Positions 33,613-44,400 of a DNA stretch of 44,835 nucleotides are shown here, piece by piece. The stretch covers positions 1 through 44,835 of the forward strand of contig MICN01000103.1 in NCBI GenBank assembly GCA_001829875.1, in the 5' to 3' direction. Below the pieces are notes generated by a model. The model made no database searches. It was not told where the DNA came from and worked only from the letters and a program-made list of their open reading frames with translations. Made by a program: the position numbers and the translations under genes. Numbering within the stretch: position 1 is the stretch's first letter; each line of letters starts with the position of its first letter. This DNA is from Syntrophus sp. GWC2_56_31 (GTDB lineage: Bacteria > Desulfobacterota > Syntrophia > Syntrophales > UBA5619).

Positions 33613-34720
33613 CCAGTGCCGCCTCGATCTCCTCCCGGACCGGCGAACGGCTGCCAGGAAGGAAGGCCTCCAGGGCCCGGCGTGCAGAATCGCCCCCGAT
33701 CCGGCCGAGGGCCCAGGCGATCATCGCCGCCACCCTCTCATCCACGCTCTCGCCAAAGGCGCGCGCCAATTCGGGAACATACGCCTCATCCCGCGTGTTT
33801 CCCATCGCCCGTGCCGCGTTTGACTTCCATCGCCATAGATCGGCGTCGGACATATAGAACATGTGCGGCCAGATCTTTTCGGTAAAGAAGGCCTTGTCCA
33901 TATGGAGAAGCTTCTCCAGGCGGAAGTCCTCGACCATCCCCGCCGCCTTCCGGTTCATCGGCAATTCCCGGGCGAGCCAGGGCGAGTTCCGGGGGCAGAC
34001 ATTCTGACAGCGATCGCACCCGTAGACGCAGAGCCCCATCGGTTCCCGCAAGTCCGTCGGGGTCGCTCCGCGGCCGAAATAGGTGAGGTAGGAGATGCAG
34101 CGGCGCGGATCGATGTGCCGGGGTCCCTTGAGCGCCCCCGTGGGGCAGGCCGCGATACAGGCGTTTTTGCACCAGTCGGGGCAGCCCACATCGAGAGTGG
34201 GCTCGTCCGGGGCGAAAGACCGATCAACGACCAGGGCGATGGGGGTAACCCACGACCCGCCCGCGGCCACCTTCCGGGAATAGAAGAGACAGTTATTGCC
34301 GAACGTCCCGAGACCGGCCCGTGCCGCCGCCAGACGGTGGGGCAGATGGAAGGGAACCTTGGAATCGATTCCGTTGTCCCGAAGATAGGCGCGGAAGGCT
34401 TTGATTCTTTTCCCGAGGCGATTGCCGGTCATGCGGTCGTCATCGAGGTAGCAGCGGCCGAAATGGCGCTCCAGCGCAGGGGGAAACGCTTCGCGGAAAT
34501 AGGCTTCGATCACGACGATGATCGATTTCGCCCCGGGGAGGATCGTCTGCGGGTCGGTCCCGGCTGGTAGATCCAGACCCGACCGGATTGCCCACCCATA
34601 CTCCTCCCGCCTCTGATCGAGGAGCGCCCGCTGGGAAGCAAAAGGCTCAGCCGTCGTGAACCCCGCATCCTCGAAACCGCACTCGTACGCCTTTTCGATA
34701 ATCTCTTGCTTGCTCGGCAT
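33545..34720 (-). CDS. Epoxyqueuosine reductase (QueG)-like Fe-S/cobalamin protein with C-terminal HEAT repeat
   Basis: AARAGLGTFG, CPDWCKNACIAACPTGAL, RCISYLT, YGCDRCQNVCP, HEAT-like AARAMGN/AWALGRIG; start ATG 34720. Confidence 0.8.
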   Translation of the reverse strand: MPSKQEIIEKAYECGFEDAGFTTAEPFASQRALLDQRREEYGWAIRSGLDLPAGTDPQTILPGAKSIIVVIEAYFREAFPPALERHFGRCYLDDDRMTGNRLGKRIKAFRAYLRDNGIDSKVPFHLPHRLAAARAGLGTFGNNCLFYSRKVAAGGSWVTPIALVVDRSFAPDEPTLDVGCPDWCKNACIAACPTGALKGPRHIDPRRCISYLTYFGRGATPTDLREPMGLCVYGCDRCQNVCPRNSPWLARELPMNRKAAGMVEDFRLEKLLHMDKAFFTEKIWPHMFYMSDADLWRWKSNAARAMGNTRDEAYVPELARAFGESVDERVAAMIAWALGRIGGDSARRALEAFLPGSRSPVREEIEAALATSFRCGSSGRRGPASGGSHRR

Positions 34721-34738
34721 CTGATAACCCCCTTTTTT

Positions 34739-34794
34739 GATGGCTTCGTAAAAAGTCCGGATGCTGCGTTGCGCCTCATCCCTCGTCGTTGCGG
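34739..34794 (+). repeat. MITE-like repeat, partial copy D, ending at a REP-like doublet
   Basis: GATGGCTTCGTAAAAAGTCCGGATGCTGCGTTGCGCCTCATCCCTCGTCGTTGCGG aligns with 27861-27916. Confidence 0.85.
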
Positions 34795-34855
34795 AAATTA
34801 GGGACACTTCCCGCATTGAATCAGTCGATTATTCCGGGAAGTGTCCCTAATTTCC
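34793..34855. repeat. REP-like doublet: 21-bp perfect inverted repeat
   Basis: GGAAATTAGGGACACTTCCCG (34793-813), 21-nt spacer, CGGGAAGTGTCCCTAATTTCC (34835-855). Confidence 0.9.
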
Positions 34856-34930
34856 CAACGGCAATATGACATAGAGGGAAATAAATTAGCTATCCGGAAG
34901 ATAGCCAATGCTTGGTGAATCGACATTCCG

Positions 34931-34953
34931 AAAATAGAACCGTCCCCAATTCC
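34931..34953 (-). repeat. Single REP-like unit
   Basis: Minus strand GGAATTGGGGACGGTTCTATTTT, same GGAA(A)TT/A-GGG-GAC...CTATTTT pattern as the sites at 1621, 34793 and 35981. Confidence 0.55.
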
Positions 34954-34973
34954 GCTTTGACGGCTGGTGATTG

Positions 34974-35363
34974 CTAAGATGAGGCCATGCCTTTCTCGAT
35001 CTCATCGAGAAAGGTGAAGATATCAGGCGCACAGGACAGTCCCTGAACCATATCCGCAATATGTTCATGATAAGGCGCACAGGGAAGGTCTGCGAAATGG
35101 GGAGCGTTATCCATCCTTCGCACAAGATTTCCCCGGCGGTCCTGCCAATGCAGGCTGTATTTTTCCAGGGAGATTTGTTTACCGGTTTCGCTGACGTAGA
35201 GAAAACGCGCAAAAACCCCGCCATCGGACAGGGCGGCTTTCACACGCAGCTTCCCATCATAGAGCGATGTTTCTCTGCGGATGATCTGAAAGGACAATAC
35301 GGCGGGGCTTTCGATCAGCCGGGCCTCGATGAGATCAAAATGGCGCCTGATGTGGCCATTCAT
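34974..35363 (-). CDS. DUF6516 / TumE-like putative toxin
   Basis: KYSLHWQD...RMDNAPHF...PYHEH signature; ATG 35363 overlaps the upstream TGA (ATGA). Confidence 0.8.
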   Translation of the reverse strand: MNGHIRRHFDLIEARLIESPAVLSFQIIRRETSLYDGKLRVKAALSDGGVFARFLYVSETGKQISLEKYSLHWQDRRGNLVRRMDNAPHFADLPCAPYHEHIADMVQGLSCAPDIFTFLDEIEKGMASS

Positions 35364-35680
35364 GCCAGCGAGCCTTCCTGCAGGAGGTCGAGGCTCTTTT
35401 GGATATTCGCCAACATGTCGATGGTAGCAGACCACTCGACAAAATCCACCTCATCCCCCATGAGGCCTTTGTCATAGCGATCCCGAAATTCTGTTGTCTT
35501 GAGCCCGTATCTGTCCTCAAATTCCTCAAGTTGCTTCATCAGCCGCTGTTGAATATCGCCAACGCGCGCCGACTCTCGTTTCAGCAGCTTTTCGATGGTT
35601 ATATCCAGAACCGGATCAAAGGCCGCCACGTCTGCGGCAATATATTTCTCCAGTCGTTTCACCTTCTCCAACGTTGTCAT
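35360..35680 (-). CDS. Putative antitoxin (TumA-like)
   Basis: LEEFEDRYGLKTTEF...GLMGDEVDFVEW motif of DUF6516 partner proteins; GGAGG RBS; TGgTAGAAT extended -10 at 35716-35708. Confidence 0.75.
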   Translation of the reverse strand: MTTLEKVKRLEKYIAADVAAFDPVLDITIEKLLKRESARVGDIQQRLMKQLEEFEDRYGLKTTEFRDRYDKGLMGDEVDFVEWSATIDMLANIQKSLDLLQEGSLA

Positions 35681-35771
35681 CGTAATTTCACCTCCCTGTT
35701 ATGTGTTATTCTACCACAATCAAGGGGAATCTGCTGTCATAATTTTTCAGGCGTCCCAGAAAGCTTTTTTG

Positions 35772-35966
35772 TCACGCCCTATGCCTCTTAGATTTTGTAC
35801 TTAGCACGGTGTCGTAAAGGCCGATGTCTTCGCCTTCATGCTTGTTGATGCCGGTATAGCTCAAACTGGAATCTTCATACCGTTTGAACTTAAAGACTGC
35901 ATCGTTCATCAATGCGCTGTTAAAGTGTGGCCGGGAGCCACTGGGATATACTTCTACCGCCAACAA
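35772..35966 (-). pseudogene. Possible 3' gene remnant, unidentified
   Basis: 64-codon protein-like frame in AT-richer DNA starting just inside a REP doublet; no RBS or family recognised. Confidence 0.3.
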
Positions 35967-35980
35967 TTGTTACTGCATAC

Positions 35981-36030
35981 GGACAGCTCCCTATTTTCGT
36001 GGCGAAAATAGGGAGCTGTCCCTAATTTCC
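35981..36030. repeat. REP-like doublet: 19-bp perfect inverted repeat, 3-nt loop
   Basis: GGACAGCTCCCTATTTTCG-TGG-CGAAAATAGGGAGCTGTCC followed by CTAATTTCC; minus-strand end GGAAATTAGGGACA is identical to 34793-34806; supplies the M48 stop codon. Confidence 0.9.
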
Positions 36031-36573
36031 CGTGTCTTCCACCCAGACCGGAACCCGCCTCCAATCCCCGCGCATCCGCCTGCGAATGGCTCTGCATTCC
36101 GGCTCGTAGCGGCTCAGAAGCGTCCAAAACCGCGGGGAATGGTTCATGCAGACCGTATGACACAGCTCGTGCAGCAGGACGTAGCGGACCAAATGACGCT
36201 CCAGGAACAACAGCTTGTAACTCAAGCTTATTGTTCCTTTTGATGAACAGCTCGCCCAGCGCGTTTTCTGACCCCGAACGAGAACCTCGTTAAACGTAAA
36301 GCCGCCCTGCCCGGCAAGCATAGCCAGCCATGGGACAAGCTCTTCCCGGGTCCGCCGCTTCAGCCACCGCTTCAGAACCGCCAGACAGGCGCCATGATCG
36401 GCGACCGCCCCGTACACGGTCAGTCGCCCCGGTTGTTCCATCATCACACCGACTCTCCGCGTATTGGTCGGCAGATAATCGATGCGCCACGACTCCCCCA
36501 GCGCGGGAAGTTCGATCGTGTCCGGGCGAACGGCCAGTGGCGCCCGAGCGACGGCCTCGCATTTTTTTATCAA
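36022..36573 (-). CDS. M48/YgjP (DUF45, SprT-like) zinc metalloprotease domain, probably N-terminally shortened
   Basis: QKTRWASCS, YVLLHELCH (HExxH), NHSPRFW; TTG start overlaps the uvrA stop. Confidence 0.8.
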   Translation of the reverse strand: MIKKCEAVARAPLAVRPDTIELPALGESWRIDYLPTNTRRVGVMMEQPGRLTVYGAVADHGACLAVLKRWLKRRTREELVPWLAMLAGQGGFTFNEVLVRGQKTRWASCSSKGTISLSYKLLFLERHLVRYVLLHELCHTVCMNHSPRFWTLLSRYEPECRAIRRRMRGDWRRVPVWVEDTGN

Positions 36574-39386
36574 GGCCTGATACCCGCTTTCCGCAGGAAC
36601 TGGCCGGTATAGGAGCTTTCCACCCGGGCAACCTCCTCAGGTGTCCCCGAGGCAATGATCCGGCCGCCGCCCGGCCCCCCTTCCGGACCGAGGTCGATGA
36701 TATGGTCGGCGCATTTGATCACGTCGAGGTTGTGCTCGATGACGACGATGGTATTCCCCATATCCGTGAGGCGCATGAGTACATCGAGGAGCTTCTGGAT
36801 GTCCGCGAAATGGAGACCGATCGTCGGCTCGTCGAGAATATATAAGGTATTGCTGTTCATCCGTTTGCCCAACTCGCGGGAGAGTTTGATCCTCTGCGCC
36901 TCGCCCCCGGAAAGGGTCGTTGCCGACTGTCCGAGGCGGATGTAGCCGAGTCCCACATCGTGGAGGAGCCGGAGCTTTCCGCAGATGGCCGGGATGTTCG
37001 CGAAAAAGATGAGCGCCTGCTGGACGGTCATTTCCAGAACCTCGGCGATATTTTTGCCCTTGTAACGGACATCGAGGGTGTCCGCGTTGAACCGGCGGCC
37101 GTTGCAAACATCGCAGGTCACATAGACGTCCGGAAGGAAGTGCATCTCGATCTTGATCAGGCCGTTCCCCTCGCAGGCCTCGCATCGCCCCCCCTTCACA
37201 TTGAAACTGAACCGCCCGGGCTTATAACCCCTGAGCCGCGATTCGGCCAGCCCCGTGAACAGCTCCCGGATAGGTGAGAAGATGCCTGTGTAGGTCACCG
37301 GATTTGAGCGTGGGGTTCGCCCGATAGGCTGCTGGTTCATCAGGATGATCCGTTCGATCCCGCCCAGATCGACGATGCGGCGGATCTTCCCGCCTCCCAT
37401 TCTCTCGTGGTTGAGCCGCCGGGCCAGCGCTTTGTATAGGGTCTCGATCACCATCGTGCTCTTCCCCGACCCGGAGACGCCGGTCACCGCGGTGAAGAGC
37501 CCGACAGGGATCCGGATATCCACATCCCTGAGGTTGTGCTCGTGCGCCCCCTCCAGGACGATGAATCGCCCCGACAGGGGCCGCCGTTTCTCCGGAAGCG
37601 AGATCGACCTGCGGCCCGAGAGATAAGCGCCGGTCAGCGAGACGTCGCTCCGGCAGGCCTCTTCAGGCGTCCCCTGAAAGACGACCTCGCCCCCATCGAC
37701 CCCAGCCCCCGGTCCGATATCAATGATCTGGTCCGATTCCAACATCATGTCCTGGTCGTGCTCCACGACCAGGACGGTGTTTCCCATATCGCGGAGCCGT
37801 TTGAGCGTGGCGATGAGGCGGACATTGTCCCGCTGGTGGAGGCCTACGGTCGGCTCGTCGAGAACATAGAGGACACCGACCAGCCCCGAGCCGATCTGGG
37901 TGGCGAGCCTGATCCGCTGGCCCTCGCCGCCGGAGAGGCTCCCCGAAGCCCTCTCCAGACTCAGGTAGTCCATGCCGACGTCGAGGAGGAAGCAGAGCCG
38001 CTGGCGGATCTCCTTCATCACCCGCTCCGTCACCCGGACCTCCTGAGGGGAGAGGGGGATCGTCATGAGAAACGCGAGGCATTCCCGAATCGGGAGCTTG
38101 CAGACGTCGTGGATGTTCTTCCCGCCCGCCGTCACAAAGAGGCTCTCCTTTTTGAGCCGGGCGCCTAGACAAGTCGGACACTCCCGCAGGTTGATGTACC
38201 GCGACAGGTCCATCCGGATATGGAGCGAGGTCGTCTCCTTATAGCGCCGATCGAGCTGGTTGAGAACCCCCTCGAAGGGCCGGGTATGGAAGAACCGGCG
38301 ACCGCCTCTATCGACGTAAAAGCGGATCTTCTCCTCCCCCGAACCGTGGAGGAGGACGTTCCGGATCGCCTCCGGGAGCTTCTGAAACGGTGTGTTGATG
38401 TCGAATTGGTAATGCTCGGCCAGGGCGTCGATCATCTGGAAATAATGGAGCGAGTGACGACCCGACCAGGGGGTGATCGCCCCCTCTCTGACGGAGAGGC
38501 TCATATCGGGAACAACCAGTTCTTCGTCGAAGTACATGCGGGTCCCCAGCCCTCCGCAGTCCGGACAGGCCCCGTAAGGGCTGTTGAAGGAGAACATCCG
38601 CGGAGCGAGATCGGTGATGCTGACGCCGCAGTCCGGACAGGCGTATCGTTCGCTGAAAAGGACTTCCTCACCGCCTGCCGCGGCGACTCGGACCAGACCG
38701 TCGGACAGCCTGGTCGCCGTCTCGAGGGAATCACGGAGGCGCTTCCGTATCCCCTCCTTGACGATGAGCCGGTCGATGACCGCGTCGATGTCGTGCCGCC
38801 GGTTTTTATCGAGGACGATATCCTCGACGAGCTCGCGGACCTCGCCGTCCACGCGTACGCGGACGTAGCCCTCTTTCACGAGTTTCTTCAGCTCCTTCTG
38901 GAATTCACCCTTTTTCCCCCGGGCAAGCGGGGCAAGGATCATCAGCCTTGAATTCGGCGGATAAGCGAGAACCGTCTCCAGCATCATGTCGATGGTCTGG
39001 GCCTTGATCTCTTTCCCGCATTTGTGGCAGTGGGGAACGCCGATTCGGGCAAAGAGAAGGCGGAGGTAGTCGTAGATCTCCGTCACGGTCCCCACGGTGG
39101 AGCGGGGATTATGCGCGGCCGCCCTCTGCTCGATCGCGATGGCCGGAGAGAGCCCTTCGATGGACTCCACATCGGGCTTGTCCATCTGCCCTATGAACTG
39201 CCGGGCATATGTCGAAAGCGACTCCACGTATCGCCTCTGTCCCTCGGCGTAGATCGTGTCGAAGGCGAGCGACGATTTCCCTGAACCGCTGACACCTGTG
39301 ATGACGACCAGCTTGTCCCGTGGGATGTCGAGATTGATGCTCTTGAGGTTGTGCTGGGCTGCACCCTTGATTTTAATGGTGTTCAT
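36570..39386 (-). CDS. uvrA: Excinuclease ABC subunit A
   Basis: GVSGSGKS twice, [34 protein letters not shown], zinc fingers; ATG 39386 overlaps the upstream TAA. Confidence 0.99.
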   Translation of the reverse strand: MNTIKIKGAAQHNLKSINLDIPRDKLVVITGVSGSGKSSLAFDTIYAEGQRRYVESLSTYARQFIGQMDKPDVESIEGLSPAIAIEQRAAAHNPRSTVGTVTEIYDYLRLLFARIGVPHCHKCGKEIKAQTIDMMLETVLAYPPNSRLMILAPLARGKKGEFQKELKKLVKEGYVRVRVDGEVRELVEDIVLDKNRRHDIDAVIDRLIVKEGIRKRLRDSLETATRLSDGLVRVAAAGGEEVLFSERYACPDCGVSITDLAPRMFSFNSPYGACPDCGGLGTRMYFDEELVVPDMSLSVREGAITPWSGRHSLHYFQMIDALAEHYQFDINTPFQKLPEAIRNVLLHGSGEEKIRFYVDRGGRRFFHTRPFEGVLNQLDRRYKETTSLHIRMDLSRYINLRECPTCLGARLKKESLFVTAGGKNIHDVCKLPIRECLAFLMTIPLSPQEVRVTERVMKEIRQRLCFLLDVGMDYLSLERASGSLSGGEGQRIRLATQIGSGLVGVLYVLDEPTVGLHQRDNVRLIATLKRLRDMGNTVLVVEHDQDMMLESDQIIDIGPGAGVDGGEVVFQGTPEEACRSDVSLTGAYLSGRRSISLPEKRRPLSGRFIVLEGAHEHNLRDVDIRIPVGLFTAVTGVSGSGKSTMVIETLYKALARRLNHERMGGGKIRRIVDLGGIERIILMNQQPIGRTPRSNPVTYTGIFSPIRELFTGLAESRLRGYKPGRFSFNVKGGRCEACEGNGLIKIEMHFLPDVYVTCDVCNGRRFNADTLDVRYKGKNIAEVLEMTVQQALIFFANIPAICGKLRLLHDVGLGYIRLGQSATTLSGGEAQRIKLSRELGKRMNSNTLYILDEPTIGLHFADIQKLLDVLMRLTDMGNTIVVIEHNLDVIKCADHIIDLGPEGGPGGGRIIASGTPEEVARVESSYTGQFLRKAGIRP

Positions 39387-40348
39387 TACAGTTTGATCTC
39401 GATATGGGAACTCATCCGGAGGGCATCCAACCACTCATCGAACTTCTTTTCTATCTTCTCCTGATCGATCTTCTCTCGGATCTCCTCCCGAACGGATTCG
39501 ATATTCTTGAACCCTGCCCCCCGGCGGTCGATGACCTTGATGATATGAAAACCGACAGGCGATTCAATGACGCCGCTGATTTGATCGAGGGATAAACTGA
39601 AAGCGACCTCCTCCACTTCATGGAGGATCATCCCTTTCTCTATGTAGCCGATATCGCCGCCGCCGGCGGCGGCGGCCCCCTGGGAATATTTCGCGGAGAG
39701 GCTCTCGAAAGACTCGCCTTTCAGCAGAAGCTTGTGGATCGCCTCGGCATCGGCACGGATTTTCTCCTTTTCGGCACGATCCTCCGCTTTCGGCAGAGGG
39801 AGAAGGATCTGCCTGATCCGGACGGTTTCCTTTCCCTCGTAATCTTCCCGGTGTTTGAGGTAATACGCCCCGATTTCCTCATCACTGACAGTCACCCTTG
39901 ATTTGATCTCCCTCTGGACAAGTTTTATCCGCACGAGTTGATCCCAGAGCCCTTTTTTATACATCTCCATGGTGGTTCCTTCCCGATCCAGGGCCTTTTG
40001 AAGGTCGTCCTGCGAGATGTTTCGTCGCTTGAGCAGATCCTTGATGGCATTGGTCACCTCATCATCCGTCAAGACAATTCCGGCTTTACGGGATTGTTGT
40101 TCGATCAGGAGGTTATCTACCATCCGGTTCAGGAGGATCATTCTGTTTTCAGCCAGAACCTTCTCCCTCTCCGCGCCCATGTGGGACGCCACCATACTTG
40201 CCCGATAGGGCTCAAAGGCGCTGTTTAGTTCGGACAGGGTGATCACCTCATCGTTGACGACAGCCACAATCCTATTCGCCACCTCAGCTCGCGCCGACAC
40301 GCACAGGAAAACCGCCGCCCCCGCCAGAACCGCCGTGAATATATTCAT
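39386..40348 (-). CDS. SurA-like periplasmic chaperone / parvulin PPIase
   Basis: Signal peptide, [13 protein letters not shown] (SurA N-domain), [14 protein letters not shown]. Confidence 0.9.
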   Translation of the reverse strand: MNIFTAVLAGAAVFLCVSARAEVANRIVAVVNDEVITLSELNSAFEPYRASMVASHMGAEREKVLAENRMILLNRMVDNLLIEQQSRKAGIVLTDDEVTNAIKDLLKRRNISQDDLQKALDREGTTMEMYKKGLWDQLVRIKLVQREIKSRVTVSDEEIGAYYLKHREDYEGKETVRIRQILLPLPKAEDRAEKEKIRADAEAIHKLLLKGESFESLSAKYSQGAAAAGGGDIGYIEKGMILHEVEEVAFSLSLDQISGVIESPVGFHIIKVIDRRGAGFKNIESVREEIREKIDQEKIEKKFDEWLDALRMSSHIEIKL

Positions 40349-40365
40349 TTTACGCTCCTATATCG

Positions 40366-41403
40366 TTAATGTTTCTCCGCCGCCATCGGCGGAGCCTCTT
40401 TCTTTGCCGGCTGCAGCGCGGTATCATCCGGAAGGGGCCGTTTGATTTGGATGACGGCCGTCGCCCTCAAGCCTTCAATCCAGTGTTTATACGCCTCGGC
40501 CTCTTTCGCTTTCTGTAAATCGGTCCTCACCCATTCCTTTACCTCTGTAAACTTCCGGCCTCTTGCAGCGTCCTTCTCGAGGACCTTAAAAACGTGGAAC
40601 CCATAAGGGCTGCGAACCACGCTGCTCAACTTCCCCACCGGCAGTGAAAAAACCACACGGTCGATCGCTTCGGGCATCATCCCGCGTTCAAAAAAACCGA
40701 GATCTCCGCCCCGTTCCGCCTCCGGACCGATGGAAACCGCACGCGCCAGCTTACCAAAATCCTCTCCCGCCTTCAATCTTTTCAATATCCCCTCTGCCCG
40801 GTCGCGGTCGCGGATAACAATCTGCGCAACACGGACCCGCCTCGCCGATACGTAGGTCTTACGGTTGTTTTTGAAATAGTGCTCCGCCTCCCCGTCCGTC
40901 ACCTGGATCTTCGCGTTCACATCCCGGACAATGACCTTCTCGAGGAGCAGTCTTTTCTGCAGCGCCTCCTTCCAGGCCGGATAGTCGATTCCGCCATTGC
41001 CGAACAGGGATTCAAAGCTCTCGGTGCTGTAATCCTTTTTGATCTCTCCGATCCGCGCCTCGGTTTCGGCATCGCTGACGGTGAGCGAGAGTTTACCGGC
41101 TCGCTGGAGCATCACTTTCTCATCGATCAGATGGTTTAGGACCTCTTCCTTCAGGGACGTCATCTGTTCCGGTTTCAGGGTTCCTTCGCCCTTCACAAGG
41201 CCTGTCTCCTTCTCCAGCCTTTTCTCAAACTCCTCGATGCCGATCTGCTCGCCGTTTACCGTTGCGACGGGCGGCGCCATCGACCGGGGCGACTCCTGCC
41301 CTCGACAGGCGACAAGGAGCAGAAAAAAGACGGGTATCCATTGAAGCGCCCATTGGATCCGCCGCCTCCGGAGCCGCATCCCTGTTATTGTCTTTCTACT
41401 CAT
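40366..41403 (-). CDS. PpiC-type peptidyl-prolyl isomerase lipoprotein
   Basis: Lipobox LVAC, VATVNGEQI, GGDLGFF, SPYGFHVFK. Confidence 0.88.
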   Translation of the reverse strand: MSRKTITGMRLRRRRIQWALQWIPVFFLLLVACRGQESPRSMAPPVATVNGEQIGIEEFEKRLEKETGLVKGEGTLKPEQMTSLKEEVLNHLIDEKVMLQRAGKLSLTVSDAETEARIGEIKKDYSTESFESLFGNGGIDYPAWKEALQKRLLLEKVIVRDVNAKIQVTDGEAEHYFKNNRKTYVSARRVRVAQIVIRDRDRAEGILKRLKAGEDFGKLARAVSIGPEAERGGDLGFFERGMMPEAIDRVVFSLPVGKLSSVVRSPYGFHVFKVLEKDAARGRKFTEVKEWVRTDLQKAKEAEAYKHWIEGLRATAVIQIKRPLPDDTALQPAKKEAPPMAAEKH

Positions 41404-41414
41404 TGTTATCCTTG

Positions 41415-44400
41415 TTATCCCAGTTCCCGGAGCAGCTCCCGCGCCCGGTTGAGTATCTCGCCCCCTTGCAAATCCGGCATGGGGATTGTCAGTTTCAGAT
41501 CGGGCGTGAGCTGCACGCCCCGTACCTTCCGCCGGTAGAGTTCAATGATCCGCCGGGGATCGACCGGACTTTTCTCCTGCAGAAAAACCGTCATGACCTT
41601 GCCGTCGTAACCCAATTTCTTCCCCTTGATGGTTTTGAGGAGATTGCGGATACCGATGACCGAAAGGAGGTTCTCCACTTCGGTAGGAACAAAGCCGTAG
41701 CAGTCCAAGAGCTCCTCCCGGACCCCGGCAAGCTCTTCATCGGTCGCGGCGAGCGAGACCTTCTTATATGTTACCAGACGCCTATGCTCATCCGCCATGT
41801 AAACCTCGGGGATGAAGGCCGGAATCCCGAGATGGATCTCCGGCTTGATCTCCTCTTCCTGAGGCGCCTCTCCTTTGATCTCCCGGATCGCCTTATCCAT
41901 CAGTTCCGTATAGAGCTCATAACCAACGGCGGAGACATGACCGGACTGTGACGCCCCTAAAAGGTTCCCCGCCCCCCGGATCTCCAGGTCATTGGAGGCG
42001 ATCCGGAAACCGGAGCCCGGCTCGGTGAAATCCATGATCACCTGGAGGCGCTTCGAGGCGTCGCGGGAGAGCATCGCCCCCTTTGGAACGAGAAGATACG
42101 CGAAGGCCTCTTCCTTCGCCCGCCCGACGCGCCCCCGGATCTGATAGAGCTGGGCGAGGCCGAAGCGGTCGGCCCGGTTGATGATGATCGTATTGGCCGT
42201 GGGGATGTCGAGGCCGGAACCGATGATCGTCGTGCTGACGAGAACATTGTCTTCCCGCCGGACGAACCTCGCCATCGCGGCCTCGATCTCCTTGGGCGTC
42301 ATCCGGCCGTGGACCACCCCCACCCGCGCCTCGGGGACAAGCTTCTGCACGAAGCGGGCCATCGTGAAAATCGACCGGACGCGGTCATGGAGGAAAAACA
42401 CCTGGCCGTTTCTTGACAGCTCCTGCCGGATCGCATCGGCGATCACCTCTTCGTTGAATTCAAGGACATGGGTCTTCACCGGAAGGCGATCCTCCGGCGC
42501 GGTATTGATGATGGACAGATCCCGGAGCCCCACGAGCGACAGGTGCAATGTCCTGGGGATCGGCGTCGCCGTCAGCGTCAGGACATCGACCAACGTTCTG
42601 AGTTTCTTTAGTTTTTCCTTATGGCTGACGCCGAAGCGCTGCTCCTCGTCGATGATCACCAGGCCCAGATTGCGGAAATTGACGTCCTTCTGGAGGAGAC
42701 GGTGGGTGCCGATCACAATGTCCACCGTCCCCCGGCCCAGACCGTCGAGGATCGAGAGCTGTTCGGTCTTCGTCCGGAAACGATTGAGGACCTCGATGCG
42801 GATCGGATAGGGTTTCAGACGCCTGGAAAAGGTCTGATGGTGCTGTTCGGCCAGGATCGTCGTAGGAACGAGGACCGCCACCTGCTTCCCGTCCAGGGCG
42901 GCCCGAAGCGAGGCGCGCATCGCCACCTCGGTCTTACCGAACCCCGCATCGCCGCAGATCAGGCGGTCCATTGGCTTGCCGCCGCTCATATCGGCGTGTA
43001 TGTCCTCGATCGCCTTCGCCTGATCCGGGGTCTCCTCAAATTCAAAGGAGGCACAGAACTCCTCGTAGATCCGGTCGGGGGTGGAGAAGGCCTCCCGGTC
43101 CATCACCTCCCGGGCGGCGTAGATGGAAACCAGCTCCTCGGCCATCTCCCGGACCGACTTCTTCACCCGTTCCTTGACCGTCTCCCATGAGGTCCCACCC
43201 AGCCTGTCGACCTTCGGGACAAAACCGTCCGGGCCGATGTATCGCTGGATCTGATCGATACGGTCCACGGGCAGATAGAGACGATCCTGATCCTGATACC
43301 CGATGAGAAGAAAGTCGTTCTCGATCCCGCCTGCTTTGAGCTTCTGGAGCCCCCCGTATCGCCCGATGCCGTGTTCGGCATGGACGATAAAATTCCCCTC
43401 TGTAAGCTCTCCGAACGACTTGAGGAAATATCCCTCCCGCGCCGGACGGACCCTCCGTCGGAAGACCTTCTTGCCGAAAATTTCCGCCTCGGACAGGAGG
43501 ACGAGTTTCATGCCGGGGAGATGGAATCCTCCGCTGATTTGGCCTTCCTGGAGGAAGAGACCCGCTGTGGTATCCTCGGCAACGATCCCGTCGAGGAAGG
43601 CGCCGTTCGCTTTTCGCGCGGGAAGATCGTATCGCAAAAGAAGGTGACCCATCCGCTGCAGACATTCTTCTCCGCTGCAGACGAACGTCACCCGCTTCCC
43701 CTCCCCAATCCAGCCCCGGATCTTCTCCGCAAGCGGCCCGAGGAGGCCGTCCTCTTCGGATGCCTGACGGAGGGCATCGTCGATGGCAATATCCCGCTCC
43801 AGGTCAAACCATACAGAGGGGCGATCCGTCGCTTCAGCGCCGAGAGTGAGGCCTGCAATATGAATCTGCTGCATCACCCGCGAGCGATCGGCGACCTCCA
43901 CCGCGGTCAGACAGAAGAACTCCCTGTCCAGAAAAAAACGCTCCTCGGTGCGGGCCTTCAGGAGGAACCGGTCGATGATGCCTTCGCTTTTTTCTTCTGC
44001 CTGCGCGACGGCAAGGGGGTCATTCAGGACGAGAAGACCGTTCGAGGGGAAATAGTCGAACAGGGTGTCCATACCCCGCGCTCCAGGATCATCGTCCCCC
44101 GCGGTGTCGTAAAAAAGCGGGTAGAAGAGAGGGTTCACCGAAGCGCCGAGCCCGGTCGCCATCAGTTCGACAAGTTTCGCCTTCGTTCCTCGGGGAAGCT
44201 CCAGATCGTTGGAGCGGCGGCGAATGTTGCGGACGGCGCGTTCCCGTCGTTCGGGGGTGAGGATCACCTCCCTAGCCGGGAAAAGCATGAATTCGGCCAG
44301 CTCGTTTATCGACCGCTGAGAGGCTTCATCGAATACACGGATCGATTCCAGCTCGTCGCCAAAAAACTCCAGACGCAGCGGGTGCCGGGCCATCGGGGGA

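Noticed and set aside
34793-36030. Palindromic repeats as a CRISPR array or integron attC sites
   Set aside because: No regular repeat-spacer periodicity, no cas or intI gene, and no RYYYAAC/GTTRRRY core-site pairs bounding the cassette
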